From: Podarcis melisellensis
Taxonomy: Eukaryota
Direction: 5' to 3' (one strand)
DNA: 64,000 bases
Assembly: GCA_964234715.1 (NCBI GenBank)
Contig: OZ174275.1
Both the position numbers and the translations under genes were made by a program. Positions within the stretch are counted from its first letter, which is position 1. Each line of letters opens with the position of its first letter. The notes under the pieces are model-generated. The model was not told where the DNA came from. It saw only the letters and a program-made list of their open reading frames with translations, and did not search any database. Positions 11,981 through 23,677 of the stretch are shown piece by piece.

Positions 11981-12253
11981 CACGGCCTGTCGCTGTCCTT
12001 CAAGGTCTTGCTGACCAGAAAGTCTGCGAGGGCGACATTGTGCAACTTGAAGTGAAACTCTCCCAAGAAAACGTTGAAGGCGTCTGGATGAAGGATGGTG
12101 TCGAGATTCAACCAAGCGACCGTGTCCACATTGTAGTAGATAAGCAGTCACATATGTTGCTGGTGGAAGATGTCACAAAGGAAGACAGCGGAGCATACTC
12201 ATTCAACATCCCTAGCCTGCTCCTCTCAACCACTGGCCGTGTCACAGTCTATA
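11981..12253 (+). CDS. TTN: TTN exon 31, Ig I4
   Basis: CAG|CACGG...TATA|GTAAGT; 273 nt. Confidence 0.97.
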
Positions 12254-12504
12254 GTAAGTGCCTGTGTTTCGGAAGTCGTATAACAAAATGCAAGGCATAA
12301 TTGTCTTGCGAAATTTGCTGCGCGAAGTGTGGGGAGGGCAGTCATCTTACATAGCTGTAAAAAAAGGATGACAAATGAACTGCATCTTATGACAACTATG
12401 TGGAACCTGCATGTACAGAATGGAACCTATATGTATAGAGGAACCTATAGAGAATACTGCTGTATATCTCTGCCGTCACCACAACAACTGGGGATAGCTA
12501 TATG

Positions 12505-12800
12505 GGAACATAGAGCACTGCCTTATACTGAATCAGACCATGGTCCATCTAGCTCAGTCCAGGGTTTCCCAAACTTGGATCTCCAGCTGTTTGGGGACTA
12601 CAGTTCCCATCATCCCTGACCACTGGTCCTGCTAGCTACGGATGATGGGATTTGTAGTCCCAAAACAGCTTTAGAAAACCCTGGTCTACACTGATTGGCA
12701 GTGGCCCTCCAGGGTTTTAGAGAGGGTTCTCTCCCAGCACTACCAATTGCTAGTGATTGAACCTGGGATCGTCTGCATGCCATCTGTAAAGCTGCCTGCG
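12505..12800 (-). mobile_element. tRNA-derived SINE (Squam2-like), interrupted by a MITE
   Basis: Minus strand CAGGTTCAATC B-box-like motif; tail GACCATGGTCTGATTCAGTATAAGGCAG. Confidence 0.55.
12560..12683. mobile_element. Short palindromic MITE
   Basis: CAGGGTTT...AAACCCTG termini; GGACTACAGTTCCCATCATCC inverted with GGATGATGGGATTTGTAGTCC; related degenerate copies near 5790, 10350, 22311, 25400, 46960-47185 and 56785-57030. Confidence 0.75.
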
Positions 12801-12950
12801 ACATTTGGACACCTGATGCTTCAGATAATTACACTGGGAGGAGGATCTTGGTTCCATCCATTTTTGTACATTTCTCACATTCTTATATACTTAAGCTAAA
12901 AGAATCCATGTATTGATCTTTCCATGTAATCTCTTATCTGCAATTTGCAG

Positions 12951-13214
12951 GCGTGGAAATCATTATACCACTAAAAGATGTCCATGCTATTGAGGGTACA
13001 AGAGCCATCCTTGAAAGCAAAATTTCAGTCCCTGACGTGTCTTCATCCAAGTGGTACCTAAACGATGAGCAAATAAAACCTGATGACCGTGTCCAAGCTG
13101 TCTCCAAAGGCACAAAGCAGAGGCTAGTGTTTACCAGGACACATGCCTCAGATGAAGGACACTGCAAACTGGCAGTAGGCAAAGTTGAAACCAGCTGCAA
13201 TCTCACAATTGAAG
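12951..13214 (+). CDS. TTN: TTN exon 32, Ig I5
   Basis: CAG|GCGTG...GAAG|GTAAGT; 264 nt. Confidence 0.97.
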
Positions 13215-13311
13215 GTAAGTATTCCTCAGATAGGCAGGCTTTATTAAAACACATCTTCTGATCGTGCAACAACTTGATTCTACTAAGTCGCCCTTTTTTC
13301 TTAAACAACAG

Positions 13312-13572
13312 AAATTCAGATTATTAAAGGTCTTCACGATATCACCTGCACCGAAACTCAGAATGTAACCTTTGAAGTTGAGCTGTCCCACGCAGGGATT
13401 GATGTTGTGTGGCATTTTAAGGACCAAGAGCTCAAAGCTGGGCCCAAGTATAAGATCGAGGCACATGGCACAATCTATAAACTGACAGTAGTAAACATGA
13501 TGAAAGACGATGAAGGAGAGTATACATTTTATGCTGGAGAAAAGAAGACATCTGGGACACTGGTTGTAGCAG
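13312..13572 (+). CDS. TTN: TTN exon 33, Ig I6 (not in ORF track)
   Basis: CAG|AAATT...GCAG|GTTAGT; 261 nt; IQIIKGLHDITCTETQNVTFEVELSH. Confidence 0.96.
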
Positions 13573-13884
13573 GTTAGTTATTTATAAAGCACTTGACTTT
13601 TTCTTGAAGGTCAAATGCCCTGCTGTTTATATTTGTTAGTTCAGTTCATACTTAAGTCCATGAGACCTGCCAAACAAACAAACAAACCATGGTGAATGAT
13701 AGTTGGAGGAAAGTGGACATTCCTAAGAAGAGGAATTCCTTTCCAACTCCTAGTCGGGGAGTTGTTGCGTTATAATCCATTTTGTCTCCATGGAAACATG
13801 GGCAAGGAGAGTATCATCAGGTCAACATGGTCTATGGATCCAAGAGATCAATACAGCAATGATGGTGATGATGATGGTTTGATT

Positions 13885-14115
13885 AATTAAGTATACCTCC
13901 ATCCATGTGACTGGGTTGCCCCAGTCACTCGGGGGGGGGGGCTTTCAACAAAATATAAAGGGATAAAACAAAACACGCAGCCTTAAAAGCTTCCCGAAAC
14001 AGGGCTGCCTTCAGATGTCTACCAAAGTTCATATAATTTTTTAACTCTTTGACATCTGAAGGGTGGACATTCCACCAGGTGGGTGCAACTACTGAGAAGG
14101 TCCTGCTTTTCAGTT
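13885..14115 (-). mobile_element. L2-type LINE 3' fragment
   Basis: Minus-strand RTFSVVAPTWWNVHPSDVK...FGRHLKAALF. Confidence 0.75.
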
Positions 14116-14386
14116 TTTCTCTAGGACCACCAGTTAATGTGGCCTGTAGGAATGCCACTTACGGGAACATACAAATGTGCAGTGCTTCAGAGTGCTATGG
14201 AGCACATCACCCTCCCAAGGTTATCTATGTCACCCTCACCCTGGTTATGGTAGCAGCAGTTGCCTGTCTGCATAGATAGCAGCAGCTACTGCACCAGGAA
14301 CACCATCAACATAGACTATTAGTGTAGTCAGTAGGCATCTAATCAGAGGGACGACAAATACAAGCTTGTCCTTTATTTCCCCACAG

Positions 14387-14647
14387 GTGGCGCCATTTCA
14401 AAGCCCCTCACTGATCTAACTGTGGCCGAATCCCAGAAAGCTGTTTTTGAATGTGAAGTAACCAATCCAGATTCTGAGGGCCAGTGGCTGAAGGATGGGA
14501 AACCACTTTCAATGACTGATCGCTGCAAAAGTGAATCCGATGGTTTGAAGAGGAGACTTAATATCCCAATCAGCAAAGTAGATGATGTTGGCGAATATAC
14601 CTATCAAGTGGCCTCTTCGAAAACATCCGCTAAGCTGAAAGTTGAAA
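14387..14647 (+). CDS. TTN: TTN exon 34, Ig I7
   Basis: CAG|GTGGC...GAAA|GTGAGT; 261 nt. Confidence 0.97.
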
Positions 14648-15034
14648 GTGAGTAATCAGTGGGGAAAGTTTGTCTCAATTCCACACTGGACAAATTGGGG
14701 GGAAAAATCTCCTAAAATGGATATTCCTGTTAATAATTTTGTAAAATATATTTAGGGGGGAAATGGACTGTAAGAACTTTATGGAATCTCCTTTTCTGAA
14801 CTTAACAGTATATTTCAGCTATGCAATTGGTAGCTATACTCTTACATTTTTATTACACAATACCTAAGAGTTGTGTAAACTGGGAACTCCAGTTATGAGA
14901 TGAGCCAACACTGCAACACAATATAGCTTCATTCCTGAGAGGTTCAGCAGAAGGGAGGTGCAGGACCCTCCTCTCACCAGCACCCACCATAACACCCATC
15001 TTAGAGGGGCTTCTCAGGATAGGACTATCTTGAC

Positions 15035-15687
15035 TGGGGAGAGTGCCTTCCATCAGCTTCAGCTGGTGGCTCAGCTGTGCCCCTATCTGGACAGGGATAG
15101 CCTAATGTCTGCTGTCTATGCTCTGGTAACCTCAAGGTTAGATTACTGCAACGTGTTATTTGTGGGGCTGCCTCTGAAGATGGTTCAGAAACTTCATCTG
15201 GTCAGAATTCAGCAGCCAGGTTTGAGCATATTACACCGATCCTGAACTGCCTGCACTGGCTGCCAGTTAGTTTCTGGACCCAAATCAAAGTCCTGGTTTT
15301 CATCTATAAAGCCTTAAATGGATCAGGACTGCAGTACCTCAAAGACTGCCTCTCTCCATATGAACCATGTGGTCATCTGAGGCCCTTCTTCATGTGCCTC
15401 CTCCGTAATAGGTCCAGAGGATGGCAACACGAGAACAGGCCTTTTGGGGGTGGCTCCCCACTTGTGGAATGCTCTCCCCAGGGAGGCTCACCTAGTGCCT
15501 TCGTTACATGATTGTAGGCACCAGGCAAAAACATTCCTCTTCTCTCAGGCCTATGGGTAATTAAACAATCTATGACCTTTTAAACTGCGGGTTTGTTACT
15601 ATGGTGTGTGTTTTATATATATTGTAAACCCCCCTGTGATCCTTGGATGAAGGGCAGTATAGAAATTTAATACATAATAATAATAAT
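15035..15687 (+). mobile_element. L2-type LINE, 5'-truncated and frameshifted
   Basis: CPYLDRDSL..AVYALVTSRLDYCNVLFVGLP typical of L2 ORF2 C-terminus; (AAT)n tail. Confidence 0.85.
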
Positions 15688-15733
15688 ATCTACCTGTATA
15701 ATGTCAACGATTTGATTTGTTCTTTTCAAATAG

Positions 15734-15997
15734 CCGTCAAAATCAAGAAGACCTTGAAGAACCTGACTGTAACAGAAACACAAGATGCAGTTTTTTCAGT
15801 GGAACTTACTCATCCTGATGTGAAAGGAGCTCAGTGGATCAAGAATGGTGTTGAGCTGCATTCTGGTGACAAATATGAGATCAAGGTGGAAGGGACAACC
15901 CACACACTGAAAGTCAAGAATTGCGCTGTAACTGATGAGTCTGTCTACAGCTTTAAACTGGGAAGGATAGGAGCCAATGCACGACTCCATGTTGAAA
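15734..15997 (+). CDS. TTN: TTN exon 35, Ig I8
   Basis: TAG|CCGTC...GAAA|GTAAGT; 264 nt. Confidence 0.97.
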
Positions 15998-16229
15998 GTA
16001 AGTCAGCCTCTACACAGTAAATAGGCTGGGAAGAATTAAAGCAAGTTGAATGAGAGTATCATAAAGTATCATGATATAGTATTCTTCACACTGTCAACAC
16101 TCATTTGCTCTGTCCTATTATCATTTCTAGTAAAAGATTTTGGGATGTATTTTTAAGCGCTACAAACATTTTTTTTTAAAAAAAGGGGGACTGTGAACAG
16201 AGATGATGGCAGGAAGGATGCATGCATTT

Positions 16230-16230
<1 letters not shown>

Positions 16231-16277
<47 letters not shown>

Positions 16278-16950
16278 TATTACTTATACCCCGCACATCT
16301 GGCCAGTCCTCCCCAGCCACTCTGGGTGACTCCCAACAGAATTTTAAAAACACGATAAAACATCAAACACTAAAACTTCCCTAAACAGGGCTGCCTTCAG
16401 ATGTTTTATAAAAGTCAGGTAGTTGTTTATTTCCTTGACATCTGATGGGAGGGCATCTGGGCTGTTTTAAGCATATGTGACACTGGGGTGCAAAGATCCA
16501 CCCGCCAACCCCGGGTTGCCCAGTCCCAGGTGCGCAGGAGGGTGGAGCTGGCCAGCCGCCTCAGCGTCTTGCTGGCTTGGTCACCCCCAAACTCGCAGCA
16601 CCCAAGAGCCCCCCGCGGTGCTCCGACCGATGGGTGAGCTCTTCCCTGGACTCAACTCTCAGGCCCTGGACTCTTGGCCTGGCGCCCCTGAGAGCCCGTT
16701 GCCAAGGTGCACCGCACCCCTGGTGCCTATGGGTAAGACGGCCCTGGAGGGCGTTCCACAGGGTGGGTGCCACTACCGAGAAGGCCCTCTGCCTGGTTCC
16801 CTGTAACCTCACTTCTTGCAGGGAGGGAGACACCAGAAGGCCCTTGGAGATGGACCTCAGTGTCCGGGTTGAACATGGGGGTGGAGAGGCCGTTTAGGGC
16901 TTTAAAGGTCAGCACCAACACTTTGAATTGTGCTCGGAAACATACTGGGA
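16231..16950 (-). mobile_element. L2-type LINE 3' fragment with (AAT)n tail, interrupted by a hAT MITE
   Basis: (TAA)~15 at 16231-16276; minus-strand RAQFKVLVLTFKALNG and RQRAFSVVAPTLWNAL. Confidence 0.85.
16457..16746. mobile_element. hAT-superfamily MITE, 290 bp, GC-rich
   Basis: TIRs CTGGGCTGTTTTAAG / GGTAAGACGGCCCTG; 8-bp TSD GAGGGCAT (16449-16456) / GAGGGCGT (16747-16754). Confidence 0.8.
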
Positions 16951-16959
16951 GTCCAAAAC

Positions 16960-17194
16960 ATTTATTTATTACATTAAGTACCACCTTTATCTTCCAAGGA
17001 TCTCAAGCTGTTTGGTGTAAATGGTTCTCCTCCTCCACGTTTCAACCTCACAACAACCCTGTGGGATTGGTTAGGCTAAGAGAAGGTGACTGGCCCAAGG
17101 TTACCCAGTGAGCTTCATGGCTGAGTGAGGATTCAAACCGTGCTCTCTCAGTTCCTAGTCCAACCCTCTCTACTATTACACCACACTGGCTTTC
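16960..17194 (-). mobile_element. Older tRNA-derived SINE (Squam3/MIR-like)
   Basis: Minus strand GCCAGTGTGGTGTAATAG...GGTTTGAATCC...CTGGGTAACCTTGGGCCAGTCAC. Confidence 0.7.
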
Positions 17195-17324
17195 ATTATG
17201 GGCAGTGCTGCCTCTTTTATTCCATGCTACATTCAACTCGGGGAAACAATCCTGATGCCAATTGTCTTACAGTGGTTTTAACCGAAGCCAATCAACTAAA
17301 TTGTTGGTAACTTCTTCCCTAAAG

Positions 17325-17585
17325 CTGTCAAGATAATCAAGAAGCCCAAGGATGTGACTGCTCTGGAGAATGCCGTTGTTTCATTTGAAGTGAGTGTGTC
17401 CCATGACACCGTCCCAGTCAAATGGTTCCACAAGAACATCGAGCTGAAGCCCAGCGACAAATACCGACTGAGCTCCCAGAGGAAAGTCCACAAGCTGACG
17501 TTGCAAAATATATCTCCCGCTGATGCTGGAGAATACACAGCAGTAGTAGGACAACTTGAGTGCAAAGCAAAACTCTTTGTAGAAA
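17325..17585 (+). CDS. TTN: TTN exon 36, Ig I9
   Basis: AAG|CTGTC...GAAA|GTAAGT; 261 nt. Confidence 0.97.
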
Positions 17586-17708
17586 GTAAGTTAAAACAAA
17601 TCTATCATTAGAATCAAGCTCCATTATCAAATCTCAGACTGAAAGTACCTCGCGATACGTTACAAAAGACGATCTAATTGTGTGTTTTATCAATATTATT
17701 TTCTACAG

Positions 17709-17969
17709 CTGTGCACATAACAAAGACCATGAAAAATATTGAGGTTGCTGAGACCAAAACTGCCTCTTTTGAGTGCGAGGTGTCTCATTTCAATGTGCCC
17801 GCTGTGTGGCTGAAAAATGGAGTAGAAATTGAAATGAGCGAGAAGTTTAAAATAGTGGTTCAGGGAAAGCTCCATCAGCTCAACATCATGAACACCAGCA
17901 GTGAGGATTCTGCCGAATACACCTTTGTCTGCGGAAATGACAAAGTCAGCGCAACCCTGACAGTGAAGC
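17709..17969 (+). CDS. TTN: TTN exon 37, Ig I10
   Basis: CAG|CTGTG...AAGC|GTAAGT; 261 nt; HITKTMKNIEVAETKTASFECEV. Confidence 0.97.
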
Positions 17970-18546
17970 GTAAGTTTAAAATGGACATGAGCACAGAATG
18001 CTTGCCTGAAGTATAGTTAACATTGCACAGCCTCTTATTCTCAGTCTTTGTAAATTTAGGGGGTTAAAAGTTTAGCCGGCCTACTTTCTTGGGATATGGC
18101 ACTGAATCTCTGTGGTGCCAATGTATCCATTGACTTAATTACATCATGGTGATGTCAGATGATTGACAGGCAGGAAGCCCCTTTCCACATGTGTAAGTGG
18201 CCAACAGGAGGTGGCGAGGGGGACCTCAGAATCCGGACCACCAGCTGGATTCACAATCCCTGACTTAGCTCCTCAATTTCCAAACTTTTTTGTTCTAGAA
18301 AATTGTAATATGTTTTCTCTTCTTTGAAAAGTTCATTGATTTGTGTTTCAAAAACATGCATATGACATCAAACCGAGGCTGGGTTTTTTAGATTTTGCTA
18401 GTTTTAATATATATGTTTTATTTTATTTTATTTATTATTTTTGTTGTGGGAAGTGACTTTGAGTTTACTTTTTGTAAGAAAAGCAGCTGATAAGTTTAAT
18501 GATGACGATGATGAAATATTTCCCCTTTTCTTTCCTTTAAAACCAG

Positions 18547-18807
18547 CTATCTTGATAACATCCATGCTGAAGGACATCAACGCAGAAGAGAAAGATACAA
18601 TAACCTTTGAAGTGACTGTTAATTATGAAGGCATTACGTACAAATGGTTGAAGAATGGCGTGGAAATAAAATCAACAGACCGGTGCCAGATTAGAACTAA
18701 GAAACTTACACATTCACTTTCGATAAGAAATGTGCATTTCGGAGATGCTGCGGAATACAGTTTTGTTGCTGGGAAAGCTGCTTCATCTGCAACTTTATAT
18801 GTGGAAG
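18547..18807 (+). CDS. TTN: TTN exon 38, Ig I11
   Basis: CAG|CTATC...GAAG|GTATTA; 261 nt. Confidence 0.97.
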
Positions 18808-19646
18808 GTATTAAGTTTTCTTCCATCTGTTTTAGCTCTTTAGCACCAAATTGAAGCAAACATCAATCCAGAGCAGTGTGAATGAGCCGTTACAGTAACA
18901 GATCCACTACTGAACTGGTTTGGATAATCCCGAACCGACATGGGACCTAGCCTTTTTGGAATACATGTAGCCCCTTCACTCCTTCCTTTGCATGAGCTGC
19001 AGTTATACCAGGAAGCCTCTAATTAAGCAGAGTTTCTTTTTTTGAAATGATATTAAAGAAATTTCACGTCATAGTTTAATACCCTGGTTTGTTCCAAAGG
19101 TGGTAGTCATAGCTTCCCAGTTTGGACAAACCAGAAAACTGTGGTTAATTGAAGACTTACTGGCTTATTTTCTTGCACCAGAAATAGGAGGAGTGAAGGA
19201 GCTATATGCACATGCTAAAGACTCGTTCATATCTCAGCTTATTAATAAATGAACTTTTTGCCTATGCTCACCAAGCTATGACTGTCCAAATGTGGCTGAA
19301 ATTGCTAATGTCAGCCAAAAGATACGACAGGCTGAACTGGTTAAGTGACTTAAGAAATGCTTAAAGAAACCCATTTTCTTTAATCTTACTGCTATGCCTT
19401 AATTGTTTTCTTTTGTTGAAATTACTCTACCTGCTTCTTATTTTGTTTCTTGTTATTTTAATTTCAATACAAAATGTTTTGCCGTGCTTTGTAAATGTGC
19501 ATATTAACAAACAGGGAATTGTTGTCAGCTAATTATTGTTGCACTCTGATGTGGAAAGGAGGAGTATAAATTAAGCAATTATTAATCGTTTGGGACTATA
19601 AAGTGGCTCATAATGCCAATATCTCTCATGGTTTGTTTTTTTCTAG

Positions 19647-19788
19647 CTCGCCACATTGAGTTTAGAAAGCACATCAAAGACATAAAAGTTGTGGAGAAGA
19701 AAAAAGCTGTTTTTGAATGTGAGATCTCAGAACCTGACATTTCTGTTCAGTGGATGAAAGATGGTCAGGAGCTACAGCTTGAAGACAG
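19647..19788 (+). CDS. TTN: TTN exon 39, Ig I12 N-terminal half
   Basis: TAG|CTCGC...ACAG|GTAATT; 142 nt; RHIEFRKHIKDIKVVEKK. Confidence 0.96.
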
Positions 19789-20131
19789 GTAATTTGTGTT
19801 GTTGTTGTTGTTATTGTTGTTGTTGTTGTTTTAAAAAAATCAATATAAAGAAAAGTTGAAGTTTTGACTTGAGAGCTGCTGCTTGTGACAAGCATACAGG
19901 ACATGGATGGTGAATTCAAATGTTACTTGGCAACACTGGCTAGCCATTGTACTAGCCATATCAACTTGCCATATGACAACTTTCAGACACAACAGAACTT
20001 ATTGGGCTAGAGGGAAAGCTTTGAGGGAAGAGCATGACCTTCCGAATCAAACAAAGATACCATATAAATGTAGTTATTGATATGTTAAGAGACCACACTT
20101 TCTAAGTTTCATTTGCTTGCATTATTTTTAG

Positions 20132-20297
20132 AATAAAAGTTCAGAGAGAACGGTTCGTTCATCGCCTCCTGATTACTACCACAAAGATGTCTGATTCCGG
20201 GAAGTACACGGTAGTGGCAGGAGGAAATATGTCCAGCGCTAATTTGGTAGTGGAAGGGCGTGATGTTCGCATCAGGAGCCTTCAAAAAACCGTCCAG
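20132..20297 (+). CDS. TTN: TTN exon 40, I12 C-terminal half and start of I13
   Basis: TAG|AATAAA...CCAG|GTATAG; 166 nt; SDSGKYTVVAGGNMSSANL. Confidence 0.96.
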
Positions 20298-21302
20298 GTA
20301 TAGTACTTCCTACTGTTTTGATGACCAATATAGCCGACCTGCCCCTGATCACTGAAACGTCAGTTTCTCAAATATATTTTCCAAACTCGGTGCCAAAAAT
20401 CTGTGGAGAAACTTCGGTTCCACCAAACAATAATGTTCAGGTGTTAATTATAAAAAGAAACAATCGACCATACTAACTTGTAGAAGCATTTTGCTCAAAG
20501 ATCCTCCCAGATCTCAGTTAGAAAAAATACTGAATTCCCCATTGTGAAAATGTAAGCAAAATCAGATGCCAAAGAAGGTACACAGCCATGTGGAGGAGCA
20601 TTGCTCTCATGGACTGAGCGCTTCTTAAATTGAACAATGATCTTTCTCTTCAGCAGTTGGAACAAAACTCTGTGCACAGGGCCCTCTCACACGTATTCAT
20701 GTCCCCTTAGATATTTTTTAACACACCCCAAAATACAAAATATAAAACTACATTTCCCTCCTAGCTTAATTTAAATCAGTTAATGTCAACGCATACAAGA
20801 AAACTTTATAGTTCCCTTTAAGAATTCTTCAACCCCTGGCAAAATTATGAGAACCCTCTTATTTTCCCAAGTGCGCACTGCGTTGATCTGATATTATTCC
20901 TTCATTGGTGTCTAGAGAAGTGAAGACTGTAGTATAGGGACAACTGATCATTTTGTTGGCAGATCTCACCCAGATCTGGAACTGCTTATACATTGTGATG
21001 TGCTTCCCCACTTATTTTGAAAAGTTATTCATCTTGTAAACTATGAAAAAAAAGATCAGCTGCAAAAATAGTCTGTTAAGGTTCAAGGGCTTCTGCTTGG
21101 TGATTTCAAGGGGCTTAGGAATGTTGAGTGCCAATTGAAAAATTGGAAAGAAGGAAGGAACAAACAAACAAATGAAAAGGGGTGTGTGTGGAATTGACCT
21201 ACTTGAGCTCCCAAGGACTTGCAGTAGCTTGGGAATAGCATGGCAGGGCAGCACCCCACAAGGTAAAAAAAAATCCCCCTGAACAAGGCTGCAAGACTGC
21301 TA

Positions 21303-21658
21303 AAAAAGGACCCCTGACCGTCAGGTCCAGTCGTGACCGACTCTGGGGTTGCGCACTCATCTCGCTCTATAGGCCGAGGGAGCCGGCGTTTGTCCGCAGA
21401 CAGCTTCCGGGTCATGTGGCCAGCATGACTAAGCCGCTTCTGGCGAACCAGAGCAGCGCATGGAAACACTGTTTACCTTCCTGCTGGAGCGGTACCTATT
21501 TATCTACTTGCACTTTGACGTGCTTTCGAACTGCTAGGTTGGCAGGAGCAGGGACCGAGCAATGGAAGCTCACCCCATCGCAGGGATTTGAACCGCTGAC
21601 CTTCTGATCGGCAAGTCCTAGGCTCTGTGGTTTAACCCACAGCGCCACCCGTGTCCCT
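21303..21658 (+). mobile_element. Sauria SINE, full length
   Basis: GGACCCCTGACC...CAGCGCCACCCGTGTCCCT; TSD GCAAGACTGCTA at 21291-21302 and 21659-21670. Confidence 0.92.
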
Positions 21659-21933
21659 GCAAGACTGCTACTACAGTCCTAAACAAGGGTACACTTATTA
21701 GGGTTGGGGGGTGTAACACAACCCATTCTTGTGGGTCCCTATTTTTGTACATACAAATGGGAAATGATAGGCGATATATGTAACTACATCTATACAGTCC
21801 TTTTTTAAAAAAAAAAATCACTGGTGTTTTGTTTGCACATTTTTGTTTGTATCACAGATTTATTTTGTATTGTTTGATGAATAGAATAGACTAACAGAAA
21901 TGGGGGAAATAATTAGTGTCTGCTTATTGACAG

Positions 21934-22165
21934 GTCATTGAGAAACAGCGAGCCGTGGTAGAGTTTGAGGTCAATGAAGACGACGTTGAGACTCGCTGGT
22001 ATAAGGATGGAATTGAGATCAACTTCCACATTGAGGAGAGATATCACTATGTGGTGGAAAGAAAAGTCCATCGGATGACAATCACTGAAACTAGATATAC
22101 AGATGCTGGAGAATACACCATCTTAGCTGGAAGAAACAGGAGTTCCATCACTCTCCATGTGAACG
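21934..22165 (+). CDS. TTN: TTN exon 41, Ig I13
   Basis: CAG|GTCATT...AACG|GTGTGT; 232 nt. Confidence 0.96.
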
Positions 22166-23157
22166 GTGTGTATACATATTTATCTTGCTTTTTATTGGAA
22201 TACTAATTCATATAAGAAGCTACATTAGCAGTCTCCACAAACACACTTGCCAATGCTGAAGTTCAGCATGACATTGCAAGTAGTTAAGGTTCAGTCCTGT
22301 GTTGTCAAATGCAGGGAACCTCTGCCCCTCCATATGCTGTTGGACTCTCATCAGCCGAACCAGCACGGCCAATTAGGGATGATAGCCATTGTAGTCTAGC
22401 CACATCTGATTTCCCACCCCTGCTATACACAATTTTAGGGCAGTAAATCCAATTGGACTCTGAGCAGACATCCATAGGCCTGCACTGCTTGTGATTAGCT
22501 ATTTGTTAAGCTGTATCCTTCTGCATGTACTTGGTCATCTTGATCAGACAAGTTTATTTTTCTTAGAGGTGTCTACACTTCAGCCCTAATCTGAGATATA
22601 AAAATGATTATTTTCTAGTATTCACCATTACTTTATAGCACCCCCCCCCCATTTATCATTGGAACAACCCCATGATTAAGGCTAAACTGCATGTTAGGCC
22701 TGAATAGCAACACTCAGGGGAGAAAAGTGTAATGAAGTCTTCCAAGGACCATATTATTTCATGTTTGTGGTGGGACATTATGGGTTTGAATGTTCCAACC
22801 ACTGAAAACCATTGTGTCAGGGAAAGCTTTCTAGCCAAGTCGTCGTCCTGATGTGCTAGTTTCCTACAGCCAAGAAGTTGTTGATTTAATATGACAGAGG
22901 TTTCAAACATGCTATCTCCCATCACAGTACCTGTGGCTAATTTGTTCATGTGCAAATCAACCCTTTGCCTGTTGCCCAACATCTCTTTGTTGAGCTACAG
23001 CTAGCAACTGGTCCTCTCTCCTCCAGATCTAGTTACCTTGCATTACGTGTCACATAAATGCTGAAAAACCTGCATGCAATCATAGGAAGGAAGGAATGGA
23101 ATCTATCTTTCTAGAAATTAGTTGCATTATTATGTATGTATATATTTTTAATTATAG

Positions 23158-23442
23158 CTCCAGAGCCACCCCAGATTGAGAAGGAGCTTCAGCCAGCCAC
23201 CGTGGAGTCTGGAAAGCCAGCCCGCTTCTGTGCTGTTGTGTCAGGAAAGCCGCAGCCCAAGATCTCGTGGTACAAAGATGAACAGCCTCTTTCTTCAGGC
23301 TTTAAGGTCAAATTTCTTCATGATGCCCAAGAATACACCCTGTTGCTGATCGAGACTTTCCCAGAAGACGCTGCCGTCTACACGATTGAAGCGAAGAATG
23401 ACTATGGAGTCGCCACTTCTTCTGCGTCCCTTTCTGTGGAAG
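23158..23442 (+). CDS. TTN: TTN exon 42, Ig I14 (GC donor)
   Basis: TAG|CTCCA...GGAAG|GCAAGC; 285 nt, complete Ig ending ASLSVE. Confidence 0.93.
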
Positions 23443-23551
23443 GCAAGCTCTCCCAGCAATCTCGAGCATTTTTGAAACTGGCATTGTCAATATTTTGCAC
23501 TGTGTGCTCTTCCATGGAGGCTAATAATCACTCTTTGATCTTTTTCCTTAG

Positions 23552-23677
23552 TCCCAGAAGTTGTTTCTCCTGATGTAGAAGTGCCAATTTACCCACCTAC
23601 TATTATCGCACCACTCCGCGATGCTATTACTTCTGAGGGACAGTCTGCTTGCTTTCAGTGCAGAGTTACAGGGACAG
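23552..23677 (+). CDS. TTN: TTN exon 43, linker and start of Ig I15
   Basis: TAG|TCCCA...ACAG|GTTAGT; 126 nt; [15 protein letters not shown]. Confidence 0.95.

Noticed and set aside
14958-15245. ORF with RT-associated SRLDYCN motif as a functional gene
   Set aside because: Short, frameshifted, 5'-truncated L2 remnant
16193-16384. Poly-Asn and poly-Leu ORFs
   Set aside because: Translations of the (AAT)n tail of an L2 element
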